Source: Isurus oxyrinchus
Lineage: Eukaryota
Direction: 5' to 3'
Assembly: GCA_026770705.1 (NCBI GenBank)
Contig: JANJGN010000010.1
Coordinates: 1,364,001-1,428,000, forward strand
DNA length: 64,000 nt
Translations under genes and position numbers: made by a program
Shown here: positions 46,957 to 58,799 of the stretch, in pieces
How the letters are laid out: each line of letters begins with the position of its first letter
How positions within the stretch are numbered: the first letter of the stretch is position 1
Notes under the pieces: model-generated
What the model saw: only the letters and a program-made list of their open reading frames with translations
What the model was told of the DNA's origin: nothing
The model's database searches: none

Positions 46957-49900
46957 GGATGGAATTTTCTGGTTCCCCCTCTGTGGCGGGTTTAATGGCG
47001 AGCGGGGTGAAGGATGTGATGGCAGCTGAAAAATCAGTTTTCCGCCGGTGTAAAGTGTGGGTGGGATCTTGCGCTCCTGCCCATCATGGTGGGTCGCCAT
47101 TCCTGAAACCGATTTGCATCCCGTACGTGGGATGCAGAAGTAGGCCCGACTGGAATCATCTCCTCCAGACTCACGCCAGTCCAGGACATGTCTGGACCAA
47201 CATGGTGTGTACACGTCAGCAGTTAGTTGAAGAAATCCTGCAGAGATCCAAAGAAAAGATGGAAGCCCTCAGTGACCGGACGTTGGAACGCCACATGCAG
47301 CAGTGGGTGGCTGGAGCATCAACCATGTGGATCTTCCCACTGCAGCAGCATTGTTCTTGGCACAGTAACTTCTCCCAGGTTCAAATTTTCAAGCAGCAAC
47401 TTCTCCCAGGAGATGGATCTTCAAGCTGCATGTAGAAGGCTGCAGGAGGTGCTGTTGGGCAGCAATGGTCTGTGCTGGGGTTGCAGGGGTGGATTAGACA
47501 GGAGAGGAATGAAGAGGCGGTGTGGATATGGATGTCTAGAGGGAGTGAGGGAGGTTGGGGTAGTAGGAAAAAGAGAGATTCTGCGGGGGTTGTGGAATGA
47601 ATGAGCTGGTATGGAGCAGGAGGGTGGGAAGGGGTGGTTGTGCAGGGATGAAGGGGCATGGGGAGCTTTAGGGTAATGGGCAGGCATGGGGGGGATGTGA
47701 GTGGGCACAGGGGAGGTGTAGAAGTGTGGGCAGGGATGGGGGAGATGTAGGGGTGTGGACTGGCATTGGGGGCAAGAGGGAAAAGGGGTTCAGAGGGAGG
47801 GGTCAGTTGAGTCAGTGGAAGATTCCTGGGGGGCATATTGAAGGTACTGGTGATAGGACAGGATGGTGACGATTAAAGGGGGCAGTGGGAGCCTGTAGGA
47901 TGGGAGAGTGAGGGTGTGGCGATGTCGAGTGAAGGCCAGCCAGTTGGAGGGAATGTGGAATGTGATGCGGAATTGGAGGGTGTCAGATGAATGAGGGGGG
48001 ACATGTCTATCATAACGGGGGTGGGTTATTTGGGAAGCTAGGGGACTTCAACAGTGACCTGTATGGGATGGAAAGTGATGGGGGAGAGTTGAAAGGCAAC
48101 TGTGGAGAGGTGAAAACTGATTCTTTGGGGGGAGACAGTCAGTGGTAATGGGATGAAAGGTTGTGGGTGACAGGGGAGGGGATAAGGTTTAAGACTCTAC
48201 CTCAAAGGTGACGATGACCATGGCTGCAAGTTACTATGCAGATACTCGTGGTGGAGATCTCGAGGTGCTGCATGGGAGTTGGGTCATCAGGATTGGGCAG
48301 AGATGTAGATCAGCTCAACTGGACAACTGAAGGAGAACCCCCAGCAGGAAGTACTTACAATGCTAGGGCCTTGGGACAGTTGAGAGCGTGAAGGGCAAAG
48401 GCTCAGCGTGCGTAGGAGGATTCTTGTGTATGGCTCACAAAGGTCCTTAAAGATACCTTTACCTCCCTGCAGATGCCTGATTCTAGGGGTTGTGGGGTGT
48501 CCCTTGAAAGATGTGGGGTGAGGGTCACCTGGTGTGGTATGCACAGCTTAAGGACTATTGCAAATAAACCACATCAGACATGATTAAAGTGCAAGTGAAC
48601 TATATTTATAAAAGTGTGAAAAGTGTAATAATCATAGTGCAACCATTTGTGAAATCAGAACTTGTTAATTTTTCTTTCCCTAACACTTCTTCTAAGTGCT
48701 GTCCTGACATCTGCAGCAGGGGTGGAGGCAGCCTGCTGACCAGTTGACACTGTTGCCTTGGATGAACTTGGAGGACGTCCTGAGGCATGAGGCCTGGAGG
48801 GCCCTGGCTCACTTTGGCTGTCCTGCAGTGGGGCAGCTGCTCCCTCTGCAGTCACAGATGATGAGGTTGAAAGTGTTACAGGCAAAGGGAATTCGGAAGA
48901 GCTGGACATATTCTTGAGTGTCCTGAGTGGAGGTCCCAGGGGTGTGCAACTGCCACGCCTCCTTCCTTTGAATGTCTGAAGGCCCCTGCCTGACTCCTTG
49001 AGGGGAAAGGGCACCTGGAGGGAGGTTGAGGTGCCCTGTCCCCATCTTGTGTACCTACTGCGAAAGCTGACACATGGCTAGAGCGATGGAGTGCAGGTCT
49101 GTGTGCATCTCTGGCAGAATCTGCTGAACCAGGTTCTCCATGGAGTCTGCCACCCTCCCCCTGGAGATCTCCATGTGTGCACAGGTTGGCACAACGTCAT
49201 TAGCCAGCAGGTAGATGCTGTCCTCGAACTCACCTGCCACCCTGATGAGGGCCTCTGACATCGCTGCCTGATTCTTCCCCATTTCTTACTGCCTCTCCAG
49301 CATCTCTTGGAAGGCCTGTCATCAGGCACAATCCTCCAGATGCCTCTTCCCCAGCATTCCTCTAAGCGCCGGTGATCTTGGCTGACACTGCCTCCTCCTG
49401 CTGCAGATGCATTTCTGTGCAGTGACCACCAGAATGTGAGACCCTTCCTAAACTAGAACTAATACCCACTGAGGTGTGTGTCTCTGGGTTGGAGGAGGGT
49501 GCAGGTGTCTGCTGTGCCTCTACTGGTGCACTTTCTATATCCTTGCTCCCCTCTGGGCTTGTCCGAGTGCTGGGCAGGGCTTCTTCACTTTTGGGCCTTG
49601 CCCTCTTCCTGGTGGCACCTGTAAGTGAGAAAGGAGAGAGCGAGTGACTGCATGAGCTGCCTCCAAAATGGGGGACCATGCAACCTTTATGAGAAGCATG
49701 GATGCTTACCCAAGGGAGGCTGCAAGCCAATCTCTCCATCTCCGATGGATCTGTCCTGCTCCATCCCTGTCAGCTGGGCTGCCCACTCCTCAAAGTCAGT
49801 CTGTTCTTTGAAGTGTGGCCAACCCCCTCCTGTCTTCTCCCTCTCTCTTCTACTATGGCTTAACTTCTCCTGCTAAAATAGAGAAGATGGGGTTGAGAGC

Positions 49901-50768
49901 AATTGAGTTTCATGTATCTTTCCCATGCTTCCAGCCTTACAAAATATGACATTGGATTGTGTGACATGTGATTGATGCACTTCAGGTTGTCCAGAAGGGT
50001 TCTGGTCCAGCACTCTCCAGAGCGGTGAGCCCAGACAGATAGAATGATAAGGCTCACAGAGACATGTGGTTAGCGGTGCTTGCTGCTGCCCTCAATACCT
50101 GAGCCCCTTCACCCCATCCCCCCAGACAGCACGTGAGCTCTCTGAGTGGAAGGGTCAGGGACCCACAGTGGTCTCTCCGCCTGCAGAGCGGAGTGCAGTG
50201 GGGCTATGAGGCATCACCATATCACGTTGCCACTGAGACCCATGTCCCTTGTGCCATTCATTGAGGTGAGTGTGAGCAGCTGAGGATTCACTTACCCTGG
50301 TGGAGCGGATGAGGTCATTCATCCTTTTTCAGCATTGCAGGGCAGTCCTCTGCTGGAGGCCCTGGGCACTGACTACCCTGGAGACATGCTCCCATGCAGG
50401 GTTCATCTCCCTGATCGGCCTCCTCCTCCCATCCTGTGGCTAGAGGACGTCCCTCCTGGCCTCCACTTGGTTGAGTAGGACGCGCAGAGAGGCTTTGCTG
50501 AATTTGGGCACCGGAGCTCCCTATCCTCTTTGGGCCTTCTCCTTCCTCAGTGTTCTGTCCGGGCGCCTTTAAAATATGGTGCCTCGGAAATTATGGTGGG
50601 GCGCGCACCATCCAGCCCGCTTCGCTGTGAACAGCATCAGGAAACCTCCGACTGCATAGTTAACGAGGCTGGGGTCACACAATGCTATTCCCGGCAGCCT
50701 CCGCAATGGGAAACACTCCCTGTCCTCGCCCCGCCCAGGACTTAGTCCCGGAATGGAAATTCCCACCC
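46957..50768 (-). mobile_element. Harbinger-type element with decayed Myb/SANT gene
   Basis: Terminal inverted repeats (TIRs) GGATGGAATTTTC / GAAATTCCCACCC, ATA/GTA flanks. Minus-strand PKFSKASLRVLLNQVEARR...AWEHVS...QC*KRMNDL with a GTAAG donor at ~50290. Confidence 0.65.
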
Positions 50769-51899
50769 GTAAAGCTGTGGAGAGAGAGAGTAAGGGCAGT
50801 GGACTGCTCCAGCCAACAGCTGGTCCAAACCGTGTCATCCTATGCTTTAAGAAAAAAAGGATACTTTAAATTGCTTACCTGTTTTGCCTTTCTTAAGATG
50901 CCTTACAGTCAATCAGAATAGGTGATGATTAAATGTTTAAAAGAAAGTTTTCTCTCTAATTTATGTAGAAGAACGGACATTCCTTAATTTTTGGCCAAAG
51001 CAAAATTTGGATGATTTGATGGCTATAATCCAGTCCTTGATCTCCACTCTGGTTCTGTATGTGGCATGTTCAGAGCTCTGTGCTGCTGCAGTGCATATTG
51101 TTGGACTTGATACTTTTATTAATTTGTTTTAGTGAAACAAACTTAAAAATGTTAAGAAGTGCACAATATTGAGTCCGTGTTTTCAAAATGTATAGTATTT
51201 AGTGAACTGATCACTGGAATAGAATTCTCATTATTCTGTAATGTATGATTATAAAAGGTACACACTGCATCTCCCTGACCGTTTACATTCTTTATAATGT
51301 ACCTTGCCAAATGTTACATTTTTTGTGGTTGTTACTGTATGAGGAGCTCTTCTAAGAAAGGGAGTTGACAGATGCCTACATCTCATCAGTTCAAACCACA
51401 CAAAGATAAGCTCTTTGCCTTGTTTAATTATTCACAATTGAATGCTTCTCCAAGATTTAGAGATTTAAATTAGTATGCTTATAGCTTAATTTATTGTTTT
51501 TATTAATATTTGGATGCCATTCTCATTGTGAAACAGAAAACAAAGGTGCAAGTTGTAGGGTGAGGTCAACCCATTAGAATAAATATTTGGTCTTCTTAGT
51601 ATCCTTAGGATCACCACAGGATAAGGAACAGGTTATTTATGACAGTAGCTTTAAAAAGGCTGATGGTCACTTTAAAGCAACTGAGTATAAAAACAGAGGT
51701 GGATGAGGTTCAGTAATGCTCCATTCAGTGACATAGCTTTGGAGGTCATGCAGGGAAGAACTTATCTTTTCAGATGAGAACCATCCTGCGGTAAACAGCA
51801 ATGTCAAAGCAATGTGGATGAAAGTGACAGAGCACGGGACTGTTATTTTACCCAAGGTCAAAGCCTAGGAGCAGGGAGGAAGAAATTTGCTGTGCTGTG

Positions 51900-53180
51900 C
51901 AATGTTTCTTAGGTAAGGTTAACTAAAGGAGTTAGGGAAAGCATCAAACTTAAGGAAAAAGCATTTAACCCCAGAAAGATGAATGGGAGGTTAGATGATT
52001 GGTCCTCCAGAGAGTGAGAATGGGAAGCTAATAGTAGATAATCAGGAAATGGTAGATGAAATGAAAAAATATTTTGCTTCTGTCTTCACTATAGAGGATA
52101 CAAAAAACATTCCAGTAATAGCTGTAAATCAGGAGGTGGGAGAGAGGAAATTGGTGAAATTACAATCACTAGGGAAGTGGTACTGAGCAAACTGATGGAG
52201 CTGTGGGATGACAAGTCTCCAGATGGACTTCATCCTAGGGTCTTAAAAGAGGTGGTTAATGAAGTGGTAGACGTTGGTGCTAATCTTCCAAAATTCCCTA
52301 GATTCAGGAAAGGTTCCATGTGGAAAGTAGCAAATATGGCCCCTCTACTCAAGAAGGAAGGGAGGCAGAAAACAGGTAACTATAGGCAGTTAGCTTGACA
52401 TCTGTCGTGGGAAAGGTGTTAGAATCGATCATTAAAGAGGTTATAGGAAGGCACTTAGAAAAGCTCAAGGTAATCAGAAAGAGCCAGCATAGTTTTATGA
52501 AAGGGAAATCATGTTTAATCAATTTATTAGAATTCTTTGAAGGAGTAACATGTGCTGTGGATAAAGGGGAGACTGTAGATGTACTGTACTTGGATTTCCA
52601 GAAGGCATCTGATAAGGTGCCACATCAAAGTTTATTGCAGAAAATAGAAGCGCATAGTATAGGGGGTAACGTATTAGCGTGGATAGGAGATTAGCTGACT
52701 GGCAGAAAACAGAGTGTATGCATAAATGGGTCCTTGTCTGATTGACAGAATTTGAGGAGTGGAGTCCCGCAGGAGTCTGTGCTGGGGACTCAAGCTTTTA
52801 CAATTTACATTAACGACTTAGATGGGGCGGAGGGGGAGTGAAGGTATGGTAGCTAAATTTGCAGATGACACAAAGATAGGTTTGAAAGTATGTTGTGAAG
52901 AAGGCATAAAAGGTTTGCAGATATAGATAAGTTGAGTGAGTGGGAAAAAATCTGGCAGATGGAGTATAATGTGGGAAAATGTGAAGTTATTCACTTTGGC
53001 AGGAAGAATAGAAAACAGAGTGTTACTTAAACGGAGAACGACTGCAGAACTCTGAGATGCAGACGGATCTGGGTGTTCTAGTACATGAGTCACAAAAGGT
53101 TAGTGTGCAGGTACAGCAAGTAATCAAGAAGGCTAATGGAATGCTACCCTTTATTATGAGAAGAATTGAACATCAAAGAA
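51900..53180 (+). mobile_element. CR1 LINE ORF2 fragment
   Basis: KYFASVFT, GLHPRVLKE, KGKSCLINLLEFFE, DFQKA.DKVPH. Confidence 0.85.
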
Positions 53181-55479
53181 AGCGCAGGCTAGATGAATAC
53201 GGTTGATTTTCGATCCCTTTTTATTCCGTACTCATCTAGCCCGCACTTGCAAAACCCAAAACAAAATGTCTACTTTTCGATGTGATTCTACATTTGGGCA
53301 GCACTGTTACTCAGTTTGTGCTAGGCTATGTAGTGTTGACTATATGTCCCATTAAATGTGACAACCTAGAAGCACCAAGTACACTGTCAGAACTAGGAGT
53401 CTTAAATCTCATGTTCATATGCTCACAGAAAGTGAGTATTGACTTGAATGATTGGATGGCACATGTCTACTGTTTTACCCCCTTCCTGACATATATCCCT
53501 TTAATATTTGAAGATGTGACACCTCTCTAGCACAATAAAAGAGAAAAAGAATAAAATAAACAAAGGATACAAACTATATGAATTTGGGAATGGCCTTCTA
53601 CCTGCCATATCCCACTGTGTCTTTGCCACCCACCCCAGAATCTCCATGGCTCTCCTCTCACAAAGATTTGGTGATTTGGCCCCTTCTCTATCTACATTTT
53701 CTGCCTCTAGTTACCTCCGAATGTAGGTGACTTTGCAAATGTCCACTTTGAAAGCCTGACCCTGTCTTTACAAGTGGCAGATAAAGACAGAGCATGGTGG
53801 GGTTTGTAGTTGGCTGTAAGGCCTTGATGAACGAAAAGAATATTAACGCTTTCTGAACTGAGTTTCCATGATCTATGACAGCAGATGTTGGGAACTAAAA
53901 GGAGTCACGTGTCAGCCAAAGTCCTGTCTGGTTGCACAGGTAGATCTAAAAAAATAATCCCATGGCAGTTTTTGAAGAACAGAATTCTCTCAGTGCACAG
54001 CATTGAGTCCTTAACTGACAGCACCAAAACAGATTAACAAGACGTGCATCTCAATCTCTGTGGAATCTACAAATGGTCGGTTGTGGCACATTTTGGGACA
54101 TCTTGAGAATATGAAATTCACTATATAAATTGCAAGTTCTTCAATCTTTCTTCCTCTAGGAAAATTGTTCTGGCACTTGTACGAAAGTAAACAGCACAAG
54201 GAGAAAATACCAAAGAACCTAATTTAGTTCAATTTAAATTCTTGCAGCATAATTTGTACAACACAATGGTGCTATAAGAAAGTTGTCTGATCACTTACTT
54301 GATAACAGTTGCGTTGTCAAGGATATCATTTGCCAGTCCAGGGTGTCGGTTGCCACCTCAACAAATATATAAATTATGTAATTAATTAGAAGAAATTACA
54401 AACAGTTTTTCAGGTAAATTTTTAAAAATTTCTGCAGCAGTTTGTATGTTTCCTAACTCAGTTGTCAGTGATAGAAGTAAAAACAATTGATAACAAGAAT
54501 GTTTCCTGTTACAAAACCACTGAGTTTTGCATGAACCATTCAGAAAGCCTTGTGTAAACATTTTATGCTAGTTCATTTGAGAGTCCCCAGAGAACAGATT
54601 TGCAGAAGTTGGAGTTTTGCTCTATTGCAGATTTTAACTGTTATTTTTTAAAATGCTAGACAGCATACTACGTGATGCATCATCCTGGTTACGTTGTTAA
54701 AAAGCATTTTAAATTTCAGAAGCAGGTGAATTTAGAGCATTTTATGTTCCATTTTGCTTTGGGAGTTTTTCAGTTAAAATGCGAGAAATTTGTTTCTTAA
54801 GCAGTTCAATTTTACCTCCTTTAATGATAAAACACAATTACATCAGTAAATAGCAAGAAGTGGCAAAACTGTCATTCTCAATAAAAATCCTGTTGGAATC
54901 AATTTCAGCAAGATACATAAGGCTGTTTAGTGTTTTTGTCCGAGTTTCCACTTAGCTTTATTAGCTGCATTTATGCAACAGTTTTTGCTGCAGTATTTTT
55001 AGAAAAAGTCACCAATATCCTTGCTTTTCACCAAACTGTAAACTAAAGAAAATGGCTAAGAAATTTGATGGCACCACAACTGTAATTTAGACACCAAGTG
55101 AGTGCCTCAATATCCCATATGGTGAACAGGGAGCGACACTAGGTGCTGCCATATTGGATTAAACAGCCCTGTCCAGTGTACCTATCGGAACAATTTAAGT
55201 TAATGAAGTAAATATTCAAATTAGGGTCCTACACTTGCTGTTTTAGGGCCAACCTTGTTAGATGTTTAAAAAAAATTGCTTGTCACGGTTGAATAGCTGG
55301 TAGGCAGAGTGTAAGATGTTGGGTGTGGGAAAACAAGGTTTGAAATAGTGGTGAGTGTGTGAATATAAGGAGAAGAAGGTGGAGTGAGTGTTCTGTAGTG
55401 ATTATAGAAGAGTGATGATAAACAGGGTGGGAGTATTGTGAGTAGTGAGGTTTGAGGTGTGAGCAGAAAATTCAGAGAG

Positions 55480-55830
55480 CAGCAATTCTTACCTTGGCAA
55501 CCTTGGTCATGTCATTGAATTTTTTTTTCCTTCCAGCATTATAGTCATGACCTGGAATATAGGTTCCTGGCATTGGCCTTATCAACATCCTCTTTCCAAT
55601 GATGGTGAATGTGTAATCTGGAGGGCTTCCTGCCCCAAGCGGAGAGCAGGGTTTCCCTCCTTCTGTCCGCTGTCTGCACCAGGGGTCTCCAATGTGCAGA
55701 GAACCTGGGTGCCCTGTCTGGATCCCTTACAATCAAATTAGCCCTTTGAGAATGACTCTTTTTGTCTGCAACCAAAGTGCACCTGTCCTTTAATAGTGCT
55801 GGCTCCCTTTAAGTGGTCGGAGGTGCCCGA
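55480..55830 (-). pseudogene. Harbinger Myb/SANT exon remnant
   Basis: RAPRFSAH..., KKFNDMTKVAK followed by a GTAAG donor. Confidence 0.45.
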
Positions 55831-56105
55831 TTTCCTGACACAATATTCTCGCGACCACACATTTGCAATTTTACATGGAAATGCTGAAGTTGCGGTCAGT
55901 GATTCTCTGCTGCTCCACAGGGTGTGTTGTTGAAGTCCCTGCAGAGGGAATTCATTATGATGAAAATTCCATTGGTTTTAAGTTTTCTGCTTTAAAGCTT
56001 GTTTATGATTTTTCACTTTCTTTCTAAATTTCATGTGCACCCTAATCTTTATTTTGCTGTTGTGATTAAAAAGTGATGGATAATCAGTACATCTTGTTTC
56101 CTGGT

Positions 56106-56200
56106 TTAAAAATAAAAAAATACTGGAAATACTCAGCAGGTCAGCGTCTATGGAGAGAAACAGAAATAATGTTTCAGGCTGATGATCTTTCATTAGAACA
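56106..56200 (-). mobile_element. Degenerate Penelope-terminus fragment
   Basis: tactggaaatactcagcaggtcagcgtctatggagagaaacag...gtttcagg..gatctttcattagaac resembles the hammerhead-bearing terminus. Confidence 0.5.
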
Positions 56201-56447
56201 GGTTACTTGCCAGTTAGCTGTTGGTGAGAATCCTTCAATGTGATTGGCTGCTTAATCTGTTTGATGACAGCACTTTTGCTGAACCCAGACTCTCCTGTAG
56301 TTGTCCGTAGAAAGGAGAAAGATTGCTAGATCTTTGTGAGCAACTTCATTTGAAATTAGTGATGAGTGCTACTGAGCAAAATACCCAGGCCCATATGTTG
56401 TATCTTTCATGTAACTACTCCTACCATTCTTTTATATTCTAGATTAA

Positions 56448-56595
56448 ATGTCTACTGCATTAAATATGCCTGCTGTGGTGGCATTGCAAATTATGGAGGA
56501 AGGAGGAAAAGCCTTTGATGTTTTGGAAAGGTTTTGTAGCAGCCATGAACAAACATATGCTGAATTCCTGGAATCGTTTCTGCACCTTAGGAAAG
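56448..56595 (+). CDS. IFTAP: IFTAP (C11orf74/NWC) first coding exon; exon 56443-56595, phase-1 donor, remainder not found in window
   Basis: MSTALNMPAVVALQIMEEGGKAFDVLERFCSSHEQTYAEFLESFLHLRK resembles the C11orf74 N-terminus as I recall it (LEIMDE...DVLDKF...HEQTYDEEFLNTFTHL). Acceptor ttcttttatattctAG (56441-42), donor AAG|GTAAG (56596). Orientation opposite RAG2 is as expected. Confidence 0.88.
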
Positions 56596-57249
56596 GTAAG
56601 CAGCTTTGTCAGGCGATGAGTCTTCAATAATGGATGAAGTCAAGGGAAGTACAGAGGGATAGAGTTTCCGTTTTGGGCACAATTGACGATTCCAGTGCAA
56701 ATGACGTGCAAATTGCACCTGATTTGAAAAGTGTTGCTCCCTCCCCATCCCTCAAACCCACTCCTGGTTCCACTCAATCCGATTTGTATATCACCAATTT
56801 AAAATCTGCAATGAATTAGCATAATTAGACAGCATATTAAAACGTAATTTTAAAAAATGCTTTAAAAATTAATCCCTGATATATTTTAAGAGTGGTAACT
56901 TGGTAAAGTTTGATTAATTTAGCTGAAAATGGGTTTATCATAATAAAATAAGCATTTTAAAACAGCATCTTGTGACTAACCTGATTTCAAATGACTGAAC
57001 ATTTTAAAATATATGCTTAACTGTTTTCTAGTTAATTGGTGTACTTAGTTCCTTTATAAATTGAAAAAAAGTTCATTAAAACCTTACAAAATGTACATAT
57101 TTGTGTCCTTGTGCCCAAAAGATCCAGCTTCATTTGTGGAACTCTCAAAAGGCCCATAGATGAGCACAATTAGTGTAAACTCCCAATGGTGATTAATTCA
57201 CTCTGGGCAGCGTGGAGTATTTTGTGAGTGGCCCCTGCTTCTTGGATGA

Positions 57250-58586
57250 TGGCTGGAATTTTCCGCTCCTGCTAGGGTCGGGAATTATGGTGGATGGGAA
57301 TGCGATACTGGATAGAATCATCCCAGATTTGCGCTGAGTGGGGTAAACAATGTTTTACCCGTGGGCTGCAATGGCGCCTTCTCACGCCGTATCATCCTAA
57401 ACCTGCTGCATTAATTATACATTCCTGGGAAACATGTCATTTCCATGGTGGGCAGGCTCCAATTCACATGCCACATCCTCACTTCGACGCTTCATCACGC
57501 CAGGCACCATATTTAAAGTGCAGCCGCGCACACACCTCTCAGTGCTTCCAGTCCAGGACTGCTGCACAGAAGACATGGTTCCAATAGGTAAGAAGACTGC
57601 AGCCCCCAGATCTAGTGGCATGTCCCTCAAGTGCCTTTTGGACACAGTGGAGGTCCAACGTGATGACCTCTGACCACACTCTGGCTGCTGGAGGGGCAGC
57701 AACATTACCACTTCGGCTTGGTAGGCGATGACAGTATTGATCGGTGCCAATGCTGCACAGAAGAGGTTGGCAATCCAATGCAGGCAGAGGATGAATGATC
57801 TTATCTGTGCCACCAGGGCATGGCAATTATTTGATCACTTTAAACTCACACACTCACAAGGCCATCATATATTCACTGGCATCTCACTCACTGCCAGCCC
57901 GAGGGACATCACCACTCTCTCTCTCTCACACACACCCTCACATCTCCATCTGGCCTCATCTCCTCTGGAGACAATCTCCTCAGCCCTCACCATCTTGAGG
58001 CCACTTGCATAGATCAGCGTGTGCCCCCACACAAACCCTGGGATTACCCCTCTTCCTCTGTACAGTCCTCACCCTGCAGCCTCTTCCTTTGCCTGAGGCC
58101 ACTTCTCCCCCCTCCCCAACAAGCCTTAGCCCTGCAGCCATACAAAGCCAACCCCGCCTTATGGCTGGTCTGGTAGGTAAAGACCTGCCCATGACCCCCC
58201 CTAACAGTGATGTGGTGCTGTGTGTGATGCCTGGCGCTGAGACTGTGAGTGCTGCCCGAAGCAAGGTAGGCAAAACAAACCTCAAAGTCCCGAGTGACTT
58301 ACCAGGAGCACGTCACTTATATGCAGTTGTGAATTGCCGACATGGGTGGATGACCCAGGCTTTGGGGAATGAGTCCAGTGGGCTAGCCTGATAATGATCT
58401 GCAGATGTATTACAAATAGGTTCCCGACATCTGATGGCTGGAAATGCAGCCTGCTATCGACAGGCTGAGCGGACAGTCACAATCTGGTTCCACAACGTTG
58501 TGAAATCGATTTTTGGCCCTCTCGCCATATTATCCACTCACACCTCCGAGCACAGATGATGCCAGTGGGCATGGACAATTCTGCCC
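57250..58586 (+). mobile_element. Harbinger-type element(s) with decayed Myb/SANT exon
   Basis: GGCTGGAATTTTCC and GGATAGAATCATCCC left ends, CAATTCTGCCC right end; KKTAAPRSS..SLKCLLDTVE...QCRQRMNDL. Confidence 0.6.
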
Positions 58587-58799
58587 ATTGGGTGTGAGGC
58601 CAAAAGACCGATATCCATGAGTGGGAAAATAAGTTGGAATTTTCCCTTCAGGATTTTCATGGTGCCTAATGGCAGGTCGACCTTCCCACTGATCCCTGTT
58701 GGGAACCCTGACATGAATCATAGCATGTCATGAATACCCGTTAAAATCACAACTCACCGGAATCACATTTTCCCTCCTAATTCAGTGCCACAGATGCCA

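Noticed and set aside
56596-56819. ORF continuation past the IFTAP donor and the adjacent 61-aa ORF
   Set aside because: Intronic read-through after a consensus GTAAG donor; no recognisable homology.
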